This document shows positions 9,667 through 20,198 of a stretch of 64,000 bases of DNA, in pieces. Both the position numbers and the translations under genes were made by a program. The DNA comes from Nitrosomonadales bacterium (lineage in GTDB: Bacteria; Pseudomonadota; Gammaproteobacteria; Burkholderiales; Gallionellaceae). A model generated the notes under the pieces. That model was not told the DNA's origin. It saw only the letters and a list, made by a program, of their open reading frames with translations, and did no database searches. Position 1 is the stretch's first letter; each line of letters starts with the position of its first letter. The DNA lies in NCBI GenBank assembly GCA_947475825.1, contig CANJMS010000001.1, positions 517-64,516 of the forward strand. The letters run 5' to 3'.

Positions 9667-10419
9667 ATGTTTGACACAATTAGAGAAGATATCGCCAGTG
9701 TTTTTTCCCGTGACCCGGCTGCACGCAGCACGTTTGAAGTGTTAACGTGCTATCCGGGATTTCATGCGCGCTTGATTCATCGCGTTGCACATGCGTTGTG
9801 GCGAGCAAACTTTAAGTGGCTGGCACGTTTTGTGTCACATATTGGACGATTCTTGACGGGCATAGAAATTCACCCCGGCGCGACCATAGGCCGCCGATTT
9901 TTTATCGATCATGGTATGGGCGTGGTGATCGGTGAGACAGCGGAAATTGGCGAAGATGTGACCCTCTATCATGGTGTGACGCTGGGCGGCACGTCGTGGA
10001 AAGAAGGCAAGCGGCATCCTACGCTGGGCAACGGTGTGGTAGTGGGGGCGGGCGCGAAAATTTTGGGGCCGATTAGCATAGGTGATGGCGCGAAAATTGG
10101 CTCGAACGCTGTGGTAGTTAAAGATGTGCCCGCAGGTGCGACGGCGGCGGGCATCCCCGCGCGTATTTTAGATGATGCTCAGGCAGCAGCGCAGCAGGCC
10201 GACAAGAAAGCTGCGGCCTTTAATGCATACGGTATCAGCAACAATCAAAATGATCCGCTGGCACAGGCGATTCATGGCTTGTTGGGGCACAGTGCAGCAG
10301 TCGATCAACGTATTGAACTCATCCTTAAGCAGTTGGAAAAAATGGGTGTAGACGTAGAAGAAGCGCGCGCGACAGCCGATAAATTCGATCCTGATTACCT
10401 GAATAAAATTGTTGACTAA
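9667..10419 (+). CDS. cysE: Serine O-acetyltransferase
   Basis: N-terminal SATase helix region plus hexapeptide repeats ([31 protein letters not shown]). Confidence 0.9.
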   Translation: MFDTIREDIASVFSRDPAARSTFEVLTCYPGFHARLIHRVAHALWRANFKWLARFVSHIGRFLTGIEIHPGATIGRRFFIDHGMGVVIGETAEIGEDVTLYHGVTLGGTSWKEGKRHPTLGNGVVVGAGAKILGPISIGDGAKIGSNAVVVKDVPAGATAAGIPARILDDAQAAAQQADKKAAAFNAYGISNNQNDPLAQAIHGLLGHSAAVDQRIELILKQLEKMGVDVEEARATADKFDPDYLNKIVD

Positions 10420-10597
10420 AACATTCGGGTATTCTAAAATTCCCCCAGTTATTTGAGCCTAAAGCTATTTGATCCCAGTCTAATAGCTGGGCTTAATTTT
10501 TCTGGGTTTAATTTTTTGGCGAAAAAGTTTTTAGCAACAATCCTGTGTGCAATACCTGTGTACAACAAATTTCAGGCTGTGTATTTTGGGAGGAATC

Positions 10598-11086
10598 ATG
10601 CGTCTTACTACCAAGGGTCGTTTTGCTGTCACCGCGATGATTGATCTGGCCATGTGTGAAGGCACGAGCGATTCTGCCACGCCCAGCCCGGTCACTTTAG
10701 CCAGTATCAGCGAGCGGCAAAGTATTTCTTTGGCGTACCTTGAGCAATTGTTCGGCAAGTTGCGCAAGCAAGGCATAGTTCTGGCGGTGCGCGGGCCGGG
10801 TGGTGGTTATTCCCTGGCGCGACCGGGCACGCAGATTTCCATTGCCGATATTATTGCGGCGGTCGATGAACCAGTCGATGCCACACGTTGCGGTGGCAAG
10901 GCAAATTGTCGCGAAGGTCGGCAGTGTTTGACCCATGATTTATGGGAGGGGCTGACTGTGGCCATAGATGGTTATTTGTCGGGCGTGAGTTTGCAGCAAG
11001 TGATCGACAGTCAGGAAATAGCAAAAAAGAATATCGCGAAAATTACGCTGCGGAAGCGGGCAACCCCGTCAAGAGTAGGCGCGTAA
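10598..11086 (+). CDS. iscR: Rrf2-family Fe-S regulator IscR
   Basis: MRLTTKGRFAVTAMIDLA... with the cluster-ligand pattern C-x5-C-x5-C-x2-H (CGGKANCREGRQCLTH). I chose the internal ATG at 10598. Confidence 0.85.
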   Translation: MRLTTKGRFAVTAMIDLAMCEGTSDSATPSPVTLASISERQSISLAYLEQLFGKLRKQGIVLAVRGPGGGYSLARPGTQISIADIIAAVDEPVDATRCGGKANCREGRQCLTHDLWEGLTVAIDGYLSGVSLQQVIDSQEIAKKNIAKITLRKRATPSRVGA

Positions 11087-11122
11087 TTTTGAATGGACTG
11101 TAAGCATTAAGGAGTTAAAAAC

Positions 11123-11494
11123 ATGGCAATCAATATTACTGAAAGTGCAGCAAAACAAATTAACAACCAGCTTGCCAAGCGTGGCAAAGGTTTGGCTTTA
11201 CGCATAGGTGTGAAAAAAGTGGGCTGTTCGGGTTATGCCTACACGTTTGACTACGCTGATGAAGTGCGTGCCGACGATCATACGTTTACGGCGTTTGGTG
11301 CGAAGGTGGTGTTGGATGACGCGACGCTACCTTATATCGATGGCTCGAACTTTGATTTTGTCACCGAAGGTTTGAAGCAACATTTTAAAATAGACAATCC
11401 AAAGGTCGACAGCATGTGTGGTTGTGGTGAAAGTTTTAATTTCCTTTCCGAAGTTACTGTGCAAAAAAGTGCAGCACAAAAAAAGCAGGCCTGA
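11123..11494 (+). CDS. sufA: A-type Fe-S carrier (IscA/SufA/HesB family)
   Basis: ...VKKVGCSGYAY...SMCGCGESF signature. Confidence 0.75.
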   Translation: MAINITESAAKQINNQLAKRGKGLALRIGVKKVGCSGYAYTFDYADEVRADDHTFTAFGAKVVLDDATLPYIDGSNFDFVTEGLKQHFKIDNPKVDSMCGCGESFNFLSEVTVQKSAAQKKQA

Positions 11495-11525
11495 GTTGGC
11501 ATTATTTTAAGTTTTAAGCGTGCCC

Positions 11526-11648
11526 AAAAACCGTCGCGAGCGACGGTAGAACAAGGCGCGAGTGTGGCAAAAATGCGGAGTTGACTGTTATGTCAATGAG
11601 CAATTTGAGCAAACGAGTAACGCAGTTATGTCAAGCGCAGCAGGTTTT
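11526..11648 (+). repeat. Interspersed hairpin repeat, copy 1 (short form), between sufA and sufB
   Basis: Shares the core AACAAGGCGCGA...GCGGAG-hairpin-ATGAGCA...TTGAGCAA...GTTATG.C.AGCGCAGCAG with the copies at 17.7 and 47.7 kb (reverse orientation there). Confidence 0.75.
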
Positions 11649-11663
11649 AGAGGAATAAATTGA

Positions 11664-13100
11664 ATGAGTGCAGTTTTACAGAATATTATCAACCAGCCGT
11701 ATAAGCACGGCTTCGTCACCGACATTGAATCAGATGTCATGGCCAAGGGGCTGGACGAAAATACCATACGCATGATTTCGTCCAAGAAAAACGAGCCAGC
11801 ATGGCTGCTGGATTTTCGTCTGAAATGTTATGCGGCGTGGCTCAAGATGGAAGAGCCCACTTGGGCGAATGTGCATCATCCAAAAATTGATTATCAGGCG
11901 ATCAGCTATTACGCCGCGCCTAAGAAAAAAGCCAAGTTGAAAAGCATGGACGAAGTTGATCCGGAATTATTACGTACCTTTGAAAAACTCGGCGTGCCGC
12001 TGCATGAGCGTATGGCACTGGCGGGCGTGGCGGTGGATGTTATTTTTGATAGCGTGTCGGTGACCACCACGTACAAAGCCCGGTTAGCCGAGGCGGGCGT
12101 CATTTTTTGCTCAATGTCCGAAGCGGTGCATGAGCATCCGGAGTTGGTGCAAAAATATTTGGGCACAGTCGTGCCCACGGGGGACAACTTTTATGCTGCG
12201 TTGAATTCTGCCGTATTCACCGATGGTTCGTTTTGCTACATCCCCAAGGGCGTGAAATGCCCGATGGATTTATCTACGTATTTTCGTATCAACACCGAAG
12301 AATCCGGGCAGTTTGAGCGTACCTTGATTATTGCCGAAGAGGGCGCGTCGGTGACGTATCTTGAGGGCTGCACTGCGCCTGCGTTCAGCAGCAATCAGTT
12401 GCATGCGGCAGTGGTCGAATTGGTCGCGCTGGACAATGCCGAGATTAAATATTCCACTGTGCAAAACTGGTATGCGGGCGATGAAAATGGCATCGGCGGT
12501 ATCTATAATTTTGTGACCAAACGCGGCTTGTGCAAGGGCGTAAATTCGCGCATCTCGTGGACACAGGTTGAAACGGGGGCGGCGATTACCTGGAAATATC
12601 CCTCAGTGGTTTTGCTGGGCGATAACTCGGTGGGCGAATTTTATTCGGTTGCCGTGACCAACAATTATCAGCAGGCCGACACAGGAACCAAGATGATCCA
12701 TATCGGCAAAAACACGCGCAGTACCATCGTCAGCAAAGGTATTTCTGCAGGGCATTCCAATAACAGCTATCGCGGGTTGGTGAAAATTTCACCGACCGCA
12801 GAAGGTGCGCGTAATTATTCGCAGTGCGATTCGATGTTAATCGGCGAGCATTCCGGTGCTCACACTTTCCCGTATATGCAAGTGCGTAACAAGAGTGCCA
12901 AGGTTGAGCACGAAGCCTCGACTTCAAAAATTGGCGAAGACCAGATGTTTTATTTTGCCCAGCGCGGCATTGATGCAGAGGCGGCAGTTTCCATGATTAT
13001 CAATGGATTTTGCAAAGATGTGTTTCAACAACTGCCACTGGAATTTGCGGTTGAAGCGACGAATTTGCTGAGTTATAAACTGGAAGGAAGTGTTGGATGA
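11664..13100 (+). CDS. sufB: Fe-S cluster assembly protein SufB
   Basis: 478 aa with full-length SufB-like sequence (…[18 protein letters not shown]…). Confidence 0.95.
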   Translation: MSAVLQNIINQPYKHGFVTDIESDVMAKGLDENTIRMISSKKNEPAWLLDFRLKCYAAWLKMEEPTWANVHHPKIDYQAISYYAAPKKKAKLKSMDEVDPELLRTFEKLGVPLHERMALAGVAVDVIFDSVSVTTTYKARLAEAGVIFCSMSEAVHEHPELVQKYLGTVVPTGDNFYAALNSAVFTDGSFCYIPKGVKCPMDLSTYFRINTEESGQFERTLIIAEEGASVTYLEGCTAPAFSSNQLHAAVVELVALDNAEIKYSTVQNWYAGDENGIGGIYNFVTKRGLCKGVNSRISWTQVETGAAITWKYPSVVLLGDNSVGEFYSVAVTNNYQQADTGTKMIHIGKNTRSTIVSKGISAGHSNNSYRGLVKISPTAEGARNYSQCDSMLIGEHSGAHTFPYMQVRNKSAKVEHEASTSKIGEDQMFYFAQRGIDAEAAVSMIINGFCKDVFQQLPLEFAVEATNLLSYKLEGSVG

Positions 13101-13909
13101 TCATTCAAGATAGTAAAGTTTTGCTTGAAGTGCGCGGGTTGCGCGCCAGCGTCAATGGCACGGAAGTGTTGAAGGGCGTGGATTTTACCGTGCGGTACGG
13201 CGAGGTGCACGCGATCATGGGGCCGAATGGTTCAGGCAAAAGCACATTTTCTAAAGTGCTGGCCGGACACAAGGCCTATGAGATAACTGGTGGCTCGGTG
13301 CTGTTTGATGGGAAAGATTTATTTGCGCTGGAACCCGAGGAGCGTGCGCGCGCGGGTGTGTTTTTAGCATTTCAATATCCGATAGAAATTCCGGGTGTGG
13401 GTAACGGGCAATTTTTGCGCCTCGCTTACAACACCCTGCAAACCCGGCGCGGTCATGAAGAATTAGACCCGCTAGAGTTTGATGATTTCGTGCGCGAGAA
13501 AATGAAGTTGCTGGAAATGAACCCGGATTTTCTGGATCGCAGTGTCAATGAAGGGTTTTCCGGTGGCGAAAAAAAGCGCAACGAGATTTTACAAATGGCG
13601 ATACTGGAACCGCGCTTGGCTATCCTGGATGAGACCGATTCCGGCCTCGATATTGATGCACTGCGCATCGTGGCACAGGGTGTAAACCATTTAACCAACA
13701 AGAATAACGCTACCATTATGGTGACGCATTATCAGCGTTTATTAAATTACATCGTGCCGGATTTTGTACACGTGATGGAAGCGGGGCGCATTATAAAAAG
13801 CGGTGGCAAAGAGTTGGCGCAGGAGTTGGAGTCGCGTGGCTATGATTGGATACAGCCCGATCTGGATGTGAATTCCCAACCTAAAGCGACTGCACGGATA
13901 GTGGCATGA
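13097..13909 (+). CDS. sufC: Fe-S cluster assembly ATPase SufC
   Basis: Walker [10 protein letters not shown] and ABC signature [12 protein letters not shown] overlap with sufB. Confidence 0.95.
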   Translation: MIIQDSKVLLEVRGLRASVNGTEVLKGVDFTVRYGEVHAIMGPNGSGKSTFSKVLAGHKAYEITGGSVLFDGKDLFALEPEERARAGVFLAFQYPIEIPGVGNGQFLRLAYNTLQTRRGHEELDPLEFDDFVREKMKLLEMNPDFLDRSVNEGFSGGEKKRNEILQMAILEPRLAILDETDSGLDIDALRIVAQGVNHLTNKNNATIMVTHYQRLLNYIVPDFVHVMEAGRIIKSGGKELAQELESRGYDWIQPDLDVNSQPKATARIVA

Positions 13910-15297
13910 GCGTAGCAGTAACTCATCAAACCCAGCCTGCGAACGGTTACTTAGCCACTCTGTTGGCTGGACATTTATCTGCGCCCAGCCCCACATCCCA
14001 CAAGGGGACAATGAGGGGACAATGTATTGCTCCCCCTGTTTTAACTGCATTGCAAGTTGCCGCAGCAGAGCGGGTGAGCGCGTTGAACGTGCCCAGCACA
14101 CGCGATGAAGAATGGCGCTTTACTGATATTTCCCTCTTAACAAAATTATCGTTTCAGCCCGTGGTCGCAGAGTCCACGCTGCAGCTTGCAGATATTGCAC
14201 GCTTTACCATAGCTGAGGCAGGTGCGCGTTTGGTGTTTGTGGATGGCGTGTACGCACCGCATTTATCGCATACAGAGCAGGCAGAAGGTGTGACTGTAGC
14301 CAATCTTGCGCACCCACTTGAAAAATCAGCTGCCCACACAGACGTGCGCATTGCTACGTATCTGGGGCAATTAGCCGAGTATAAAAATAATGTATTCGCC
14401 GCATTGAACACCGCCTGCATGAGCGATGCTGCACTCATTTTATTGGCGCGCGATACTGCCGTGCGGCAGCCGATACACCTGTTATTTATCGCGTCCAAGC
14501 AGGGTGGTGTCAGTTATCCACGCTGCTTGATCCGCGCCGAGGCGGGCAGCAAAGCAACCGTCGTGGAAGATTATGTATCTTTGCAGGATGAGGCATATTT
14601 CACCAACACGGTCAGCGAATTTTCGCTGGCGGATAACGCGCATGTGCATCACGTTCGCGTGCAGCGCGAGGGGATGAATGCGTTTCATATTGCCAACTGT
14701 GCGGTAACTTTGGCGCGCGGCAGCCATTATCAATCAGTGAGTGTGGCGATGGGTGCGCGTATTTCTCGCTACAACTTGAATGTGCTGCAAGCCGCCGAGG
14801 GCGGAGAATGCACGGTCGATGGGCTGGCGTTAATCTCGGAGCGGCAGTTGGCCGATACGCATACCTGCATTGACCATGCCAAACCGCATGGCATCAGTCG
14901 GCAGTTGCATAAATGCATAATCGGTGGCAGCGCACACGCCGTGTTTAACGGCAAAGTCATGGTCAGGCCAGGCGCGCAGCGCGTGGATTCACAACAAACC
15001 AATCGCAATTTATTACTCACCAATCGTGCCCAAGTAGACACAAAACCACAATTGGAGATTTTTGCAGATGACGTGAAGTGCACGCACGGCGCAACGGTTA
15101 GTCAATTAGATGGCGAAGAAATTTTTTATTTGCAAAGTCGTGGATTGACCGATGTGGTGGCGCGCAATCTGCTGACCTATGCGTTTGGTGCAGAAATTTT
15201 GGAGCGCATTCCTGTCGCATCACTCAAACATCAACTCGAACAGACCGTGCTTGAACAGGCAGGACTTAAGCAATCGGGTCTTGAGCAAATGAAGTGA
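13906..15297 (+). CDS. sufD: Fe-S cluster assembly protein SufD
   Basis: ATGA overlap with sufC. SufD-like body (…[12 protein letters not shown]…). The N-terminal ~40 aa extension contains a short palindromic repeat. Confidence 0.9.
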   Translation: MSVAVTHQTQPANGYLATLLAGHLSAPSPTSHKGTMRGQCIAPPVLTALQVAAAERVSALNVPSTRDEEWRFTDISLLTKLSFQPVVAESTLQLADIARFTIAEAGARLVFVDGVYAPHLSHTEQAEGVTVANLAHPLEKSAAHTDVRIATYLGQLAEYKNNVFAALNTACMSDAALILLARDTAVRQPIHLLFIASKQGGVSYPRCLIRAEAGSKATVVEDYVSLQDEAYFTNTVSEFSLADNAHVHHVRVQREGMNAFHIANCAVTLARGSHYQSVSVAMGARISRYNLNVLQAAEGGECTVDGLALISERQLADTHTCIDHAKPHGISRQLHKCIIGGSAHAVFNGKVMVRPGAQRVDSQQTNRNLLLTNRAQVDTKPQLEIFADDVKCTHGATVSQLDGEEIFYLQSRGLTDVVARNLLTYAFGAEILERIPVASLKHQLEQTVLEQAGLKQSGLEQMK

Positions 15298-16592
15298 ATG
15301 TTATGAAAGCAACGTCGAACTCTCCCATCATGCCTAAAATAAATAATCCATCCATTAGCACTTTCGGTACGCCGCCATTCAATATAAACAAGATACGCGC
15401 GGATTTCCCTATTCTGAATGTGCAAGTCGAAGGCAAGCCGCTGGTCTATCTGGACAACGCTGCATCCGCACAAATGCCGCAGCAGGTGATTGATCGACTG
15501 GTGCGTTATCAAAGCTCACAACACGCCAACATTCATCGCGCCGTGCATTATTTATCTGAATTAGCCACCGCCGAATATGATGAAGCGCGGCGTAAGGTAC
15601 AGCGTTTTATCAATGCAGCTGATGAGCGCGAGGTGATTTTTACCAGCGGCACAACCGAGGCTATCAACCTGGTAATGCACGGCTATGGCCGTAAATTTAT
15701 TGGTACAGGCGACGAAATTATTATCAGCACATTGGAGCATCACTCCAACATTGTGCCCTGGCAAATGCTGGCGGAAGAGCGCGGCGCAAAAATTCGAGTC
15801 GTGCCTGTCAATGACGTAGGCGAGTTGCAGCTTGATGCGTATATGAATCTCTTTAACGAGCGCACAAAATTTGTCAGCTTGATTCATGTGTCGAACGCGC
15901 TGGGCACGATCAATCCCGTTAAAAAAATGATTGCCTATGCCCACAGTCATGGTGTGCCTGTGCTGGTGGATGGTGCGCAGGCCGTGCCACACATGAAGGT
16001 GGATGTGCAGGATTTGGATTGTGATTTCTATGCATTCTCTGGCCATAAATTATGCGGCCCCACGGGCATCGGTATTTTGTATGGCAAGGCGGCACTGTTG
16101 GAACGTATGCAGCCATTCAAGGGTGGCGGAGACATGATTTTGTCGGTGACTTTTGAGAAGACCACGTACAACACCATCCCGTATAAATTTGAGGCAGGCA
16201 CGCCACCCATCGCAGCGGCGATTGGCCTGGGCGCAGCGCTGGATTATTTATCCGCGATTGGTATGGAAAACATCGCGGCGCACGAACACGCTCTGTTGCA
16301 ATATGCCACTGAACAAGTCAGCCAGATACCCGGTGTGCGTATTGTAGGCACTGCCCGCGACAAGGCTTCGGTGCTGTCATTCGTGATGGAGCACATTCAT
16401 CCGCATGATGTGGGCACGCTGCTCAATCAAGAGGGTATCGCGGTGCGTACCGGACATCATTGCGCGCAGCCTGTCATGCAGCGCATGGGTATCCCTGCGA
16501 CGTCACGCGCCTCATTTGCGTTTTACAACACGCGCGCGGAAGTGGATGCGCTGGTGGCGGGTATACGCATGGTGCAGAAAGTGTTCGCATAA
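15294..16592 (+). CDS. sufS: Cysteine desulfurase SufS (group II)
   Basis: …YLDNAASAQMPQ…FSGHKLCGPTGIG…RTGHHCAQP… motifs. GTGA overlap with sufD; ATG 15303 is an alternative start. Confidence 0.9.
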   Translation: MNVMKATSNSPIMPKINNPSISTFGTPPFNINKIRADFPILNVQVEGKPLVYLDNAASAQMPQQVIDRLVRYQSSQHANIHRAVHYLSELATAEYDEARRKVQRFINAADEREVIFTSGTTEAINLVMHGYGRKFIGTGDEIIISTLEHHSNIVPWQMLAEERGAKIRVVPVNDVGELQLDAYMNLFNERTKFVSLIHVSNALGTINPVKKMIAYAHSHGVPVLVDGAQAVPHMKVDVQDLDCDFYAFSGHKLCGPTGIGILYGKAALLERMQPFKGGGDMILSVTFEKTTYNTIPYKFEAGTPPIAAAIGLGAALDYLSAIGMENIAAHEHALLQYATEQVSQIPGVRIVGTARDKASVLSFVMEHIHPHDVGTLLNQEGIAVRTGHHCAQPVMQRMGIPATSRASFAFYNTRAEVDALVAGIRMVQKVFA

Positions 16593-17113
16593 TGGCTAAT
16601 CTCAAGGCGTTGTATCAGGAGGTGATTCTCGACCACAACAAAAAGCCGCGCAACTATGGTGCTGTTGAGCGAGCCAGTCACCATGCCGAAGGCCACAATC
16701 CGCTGTGCGGCGATCACCTCTCCATCACGCTGGCGATAGCAGATGAAAATATTCAGAACATTGCATTTAACGGCGAATCCTGTGCTATTTGCAAAGCCTC
16801 GGCCTCCATGATGACCGTTGCGGTAAAAGGAAAATCCAGAGCCGATGCCGAAATTTTAATCGAGGAATTTCTAGCAATGGTTACTGGCAAGCTGGATTTA
16901 AACATTCCTGATCAAAAAGAAAAATTAGCGCATATCGGACGCCTGGCAGTATTCGCTGGCGTGCATGATCTGCCCACCCGGGTGAAATGTGCCATCCTCC
17001 CCTGGCACACGCTCCATGCGGCTTTTGACTCGGTCCCACAAGGGGACAATGTCGAGCAGGTTACTACCGAGGCGGACAATGATCCCATGCACCTGCCTGT
17101 GGGGAATGCCTGA
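16592..17113 (+). CDS. sufU: SufU/IscU-like sulfur acceptor
   Basis: MANLKALYQEVILDHNKKPRN...NPLCGD...CAICKAS. TAATG overlap with sufS. The C-terminal ~25 aa tail derives from a short repeat. Confidence 0.85.
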   Translation: MANLKALYQEVILDHNKKPRNYGAVERASHHAEGHNPLCGDHLSITLAIADENIQNIAFNGESCAICKASASMMTVAVKGKSRADAEILIEEFLAMVTGKLDLNIPDQKEKLAHIGRLAVFAGVHDLPTRVKCAILPWHTLHAAFDSVPQGDNVEQVTTEADNDPMHLPVGNA

Positions 17114-17161
17114 ATAAAAAATCATGCGGTCTAAATAAATCGTAAATTTTAGAAAACAACC

Positions 17162-17722
17162 ATGCCAAAAATAGCTGACATAGAAGATACACCCAACCCG
17201 AACGCGGTCAAGTTCGTACTCAAGGAACCGCTAAGCTGGGGCATCGCGCATTCATATGAAAATGCCGAGCAAGCAACAGTTGATCCTTTGGCCTCGGCAC
17301 TATTTGCCATCGAACATGTCAGCAATGTTTTTTATGTGGATCGCTGGCTGACCGTCACGCAGGACGGTGAGGCCGACTGGCCGGAGTTAACACGGTTGGT
17401 TGCGGTGCCGATTCGCGCAGCCCCTGCGGCAGATGCACAAACAGCGGTAACTGTTGCGGCGGCATCCGAGGCGCTTGAAGCATTAAGTCCGGAAGATAAA
17501 GCGCGCGTGGCGGCGATCAGCGCGTTGCTCGATTCCGACATACGCCCTTATCTGCAAAGTGATGGCGGCGATTTGTACATAGTCAATCTGGATGGCAACC
17601 TGCTCAGCGTACATTACCAAGGAGCCTGTGGTACGTGCCCCAGCTCAATCTCCGGCACGTTGCGAGGGGTGGAAAATCTGGTTCGGACCATAGAGCCCAA
17701 TATGATTGTGGTAGCAATTTAA
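17162..17722 (+). CDS. NifU/Nfu-type Fe-S scaffold/carrier (Nfu_N plus NifU C-terminal domain)
   Basis: N-terminal DTPNPNAVKFVL and C-terminal GACGTCPSS motif. Confidence 0.8.
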   Translation: MPKIADIEDTPNPNAVKFVLKEPLSWGIAHSYENAEQATVDPLASALFAIEHVSNVFYVDRWLTVTQDGEADWPELTRLVAVPIRAAPAADAQTAVTVAAASEALEALSPEDKARVAAISALLDSDIRPYLQSDGGDLYIVNLDGNLLSVHYQGACGTCPSSISGTLRGVENLVRTIEPNMIVVAI

Positions 17723-17861
17723 CAAGGTTGAAAACTGCTGCGCTAGGCATAACAGTGTTGCTCAAAGATTCGGAATGCTCATTGGCAATTGAGCCAACTC
17801 CGCTTCCTCATCTTTTCGCGCCTTGTTCTGCCTTCGCTCGCGACGTTTTCAACAGCTTGTT
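17721..17861 (-). repeat. Interspersed hairpin repeat, copy 2 (short form), abutting the nfu stop codon
   Basis: Core shared with copies 1 and 4. Terminal inverted repeat AACAAGGTTGAAAAC / GTTTTCAACAGCTTGTT. Confidence 0.75.
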
Positions 17862-17917
17862 AAAAAATATTGCTGAGCCGTTAGTTGGATTTTTGAAATT
17901 GAAATTGGAAACAAACA

Positions 17918-18238
17918 ATGAGTGATTGGGTAACCGTTGCAAAGGTCGGAGAAATTGCAATCAATACTTATCGTGTGGTCGATGTAGATGGCACGCACAT
18001 CGCGCTGTTTAATCTGGACGGACAGTATTATGCGATTGAAGATATGTGTACCCATGATGCCGGGCAACTGACTGGCGGCTCAATCGAAAATGGTAATATC
18101 ATCTGTCCGCGCCACGGTGCACAATTTTGTATCCGCACCGGTGCAGCACTCACGGCACCCGCTTATGAACCGACGCTCACTTTTCCCGTGCGTGTTGAAA
18201 ATGAGCAAATTCAAGTGCGCGATACACGCTGGGATTAA
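17918..18238 (+). CDS. Rieske (2Fe-2S) ferredoxin-like protein
   Basis: CTHD...17 aa...CPRHGAQF Rieske ligand pattern; 106 aa. Confidence 0.8.
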   Translation: MSDWVTVAKVGEIAINTYRVVDVDGTHIALFNLDGQYYAIEDMCTHDAGQLTGGSIENGNIICPRHGAQFCIRTGAALTAPAYEPTLTFPVRVENEQIQVRDTRWD

Positions 18239-18255
18239 CAATTGAAAGCATAGAC

Positions 18256-18822
18256 ATGGCACACGAAGAATTTACTGAAAACGATTGGCGGCGTTTACTC
18301 ATCAGCCTGGGCGAAGACCCTGATCGCCCCGGCTTGCAGGAAACCCCTTCGCGTGTTGTCAAGGCCTGGCAGCATTGGACTTCCGGCTACAAAGAAGACC
18401 CGGCAGAATGCCTGAAAGTGTTTGAAGATGGCGCGCAGCAATATAATGAACTTATTGTCGTGCGCGGCATTCCCGTGTACAGCCATTGCGAGCATCACCT
18501 GGCACCCTTTTTCGGCAAGGCCACTATTGGCTATGTGCCCGACGGAAAAATAGTCGGTCTGTCAAAACTGACGCGGCTAGTCAATTGTTTCGCCAAACGC
18601 CTGCAAGTGCAGGAAAGATTAACCATCCAGATCGCCAACGCGCTCATGACCCACCTTGAACCCAAAGCAGTGGGCGTGGTGATACGCTGCCGCCACATGT
18701 GCATGGAAAGTCGCGGCATACGCACCGAGGGCGAAGAAACCGTCACCTCTGCCATGCTCGGTGAACTGCAACCCAACCTTGCTTTGCGCACGGAATTTTT
18801 AGCATTGGCACGAGAGGGGTAA
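18256..18822 (+). CDS. folE: GTP cyclohydrolase I
   Basis: …GLQETPSRV…YSHCEHHLAPFFG…QVQERLT… motifs. Confidence 0.9.
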   Translation: MAHEEFTENDWRRLLISLGEDPDRPGLQETPSRVVKAWQHWTSGYKEDPAECLKVFEDGAQQYNELIVVRGIPVYSHCEHHLAPFFGKATIGYVPDGKIVGLSKLTRLVNCFAKRLQVQERLTIQIANALMTHLEPKAVGVVIRCRHMCMESRGIRTEGEETVTSAMLGELQPNLALRTEFLALAREG

Positions 18823-18863
18823 TCGTTTTTTCAAACGGAATTACGGGTTAATCAAATCAGTTA

Positions 18864-20147
18864 ATGTCTGACATTGCCATGAAGCAAGAGCCCACCCCAC
18901 CGGAACCACCCACGCCAGCCGCACCGTCCGATACGGATGCACGGATTGTGGCGGCGCGGGCATTATTTGCCGGGAACCTATTAGGCACACCCGCAGCCCC
19001 CACCAAAGCAGGTTTTTTGGCATTGGCTCGCGCGAGCAAGGATGTTTGGAATGCTTGGCGTAAGGCCTACCCTGAGCCGATGCCGGATTTTAGTGGGTTG
19101 AACTTTAGTGGAGATGCTGCAATAGATTTTTCCGGTTTTTCTTTTGCAGGGGGGAGGGTGGATGAGGAAACAAAAGAACCCATTCATTGCGTGGATTTTA
19201 CTGGCTGTACATTCGGCGATAAGGCAAGCTTCGAGGGTGCGCAGTTCGGCAAGTGGGCAAGCTTCATGGGCGCGCAGTTCGGCGATAAGGCAAGCTTCGA
19301 TGCGTGGGATGAGTCGGCAACACGAAATTTCTGGAGAAAGCTGGGTGGTGAGGAGTTTGCTCAACAACGCGCAAGCTATGCCGAGGCGCAGGGGCTGCGT
19401 AGCGATGCTTTTGACTACATTTCATTTTGCGGAGCGCAGTTTAAGGGTGAGGTCAGCTTCCAGGGGCGCATCTTTTTAAGTAAAACCGACTTCGGCCCAA
19501 CTCCAGATGAAATAACTGTGAAGACACCCGATGGGGAGAAAGTTATACCCAAAGGCCAAAAAACCAGTTTCAGGGGAATCCCCAATTTTCACGGTTGTAC
19601 CCTACATCAAAACACTAGTATTATCGATGCCGAATTTTTGGCTCCACCCAGCGCGGAGGCCGCCCGTGCGTACCGCACACTCAAGCTGGCTTTTGCCGAG
19701 CAACATGCCATACGTGAGGAGCAGAAATTTTTCAAGCTGGAAATGCAGGCCGAGACAGGCATTGCAACAGGCAGCAAAAAAAGGCTGTATCAACTATACG
19801 AAATAATATCGGATTATGGTTTTAGCCTTAAGCACCCCTTAAAATATTGGCTATATTGCCTGGCTGGTTTTGCGCTGATTTATGGTTTGCACACGGAAAC
19901 GTACGGTTGGAACGGCAATATAAGCCGGGAGCGCACCTTGCAATGGGTGCATTATGCCTTGTTGAACGCTGTGCCCTTACCGGGATTTGATAAGAACTTG
20001 GAGCTTTTGCGGAGCGATTTATTTTCCAACGAAGCGATCATCCAATTTATTGTGACCGTGCTGGAAATCCTGCACAAAACGGTTTCATTGCTAGCCTTTT
20101 TTCTAATCGGTTTGGCACTCCGCAATTTATTCAAAATGAAAGGTTAG
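18864..20147 (+). CDS. Pentapeptide-repeat protein with C-terminal membrane domain
   Basis: Pentapeptide-like runs (FSGLNFSGDAAIDFSGFSFAGG; CTFGDKASFEGAQFGKWASFMGAQFGDKASF). The C-terminus has about 3 hydrophobic helices (YWLYCLAGFALIYGL; LLAFFLIGLAL). Confidence 0.7.
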   Translation: MSDIAMKQEPTPPEPPTPAAPSDTDARIVAARALFAGNLLGTPAAPTKAGFLALARASKDVWNAWRKAYPEPMPDFSGLNFSGDAAIDFSGFSFAGGRVDEETKEPIHCVDFTGCTFGDKASFEGAQFGKWASFMGAQFGDKASFDAWDESATRNFWRKLGGEEFAQQRASYAEAQGLRSDAFDYISFCGAQFKGEVSFQGRIFLSKTDFGPTPDEITVKTPDGEKVIPKGQKTSFRGIPNFHGCTLHQNTSIIDAEFLAPPSAEAARAYRTLKLAFAEQHAIREEQKFFKLEMQAETGIATGSKKRLYQLYEIISDYGFSLKHPLKYWLYCLAGFALIYGLHTETYGWNGNISRERTLQWVHYALLNAVPLPGFDKNLELLRSDLFSNEAIIQFIVTVLEILHKTVSLLAFFLIGLALRNLFKMKG

Positions 20148-20198
20148 CTTTGATCTGTAGCAAACCGTCATTTTCATCACTTAATTATTCACTCAACC

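Noticed and set aside
10535-10590. A partially palindromic stretch ATACCTGTGTACAACAAATTTCAGGCTGTGTAT upstream of iscR was considered as an IscR box.
   Set aside because: It only loosely resembles the type 1 IscR consensus, and the spacing and half-sites do not match well enough to annotate without a matrix search.
10547-10597. The ORF track gives IscR a longer N-terminal extension (start 10547).
   Set aside because: Rrf2 and IscR proteins start at MRLTTKG.... The extension is unconserved-looking and would consume the likely promoter and operator region.
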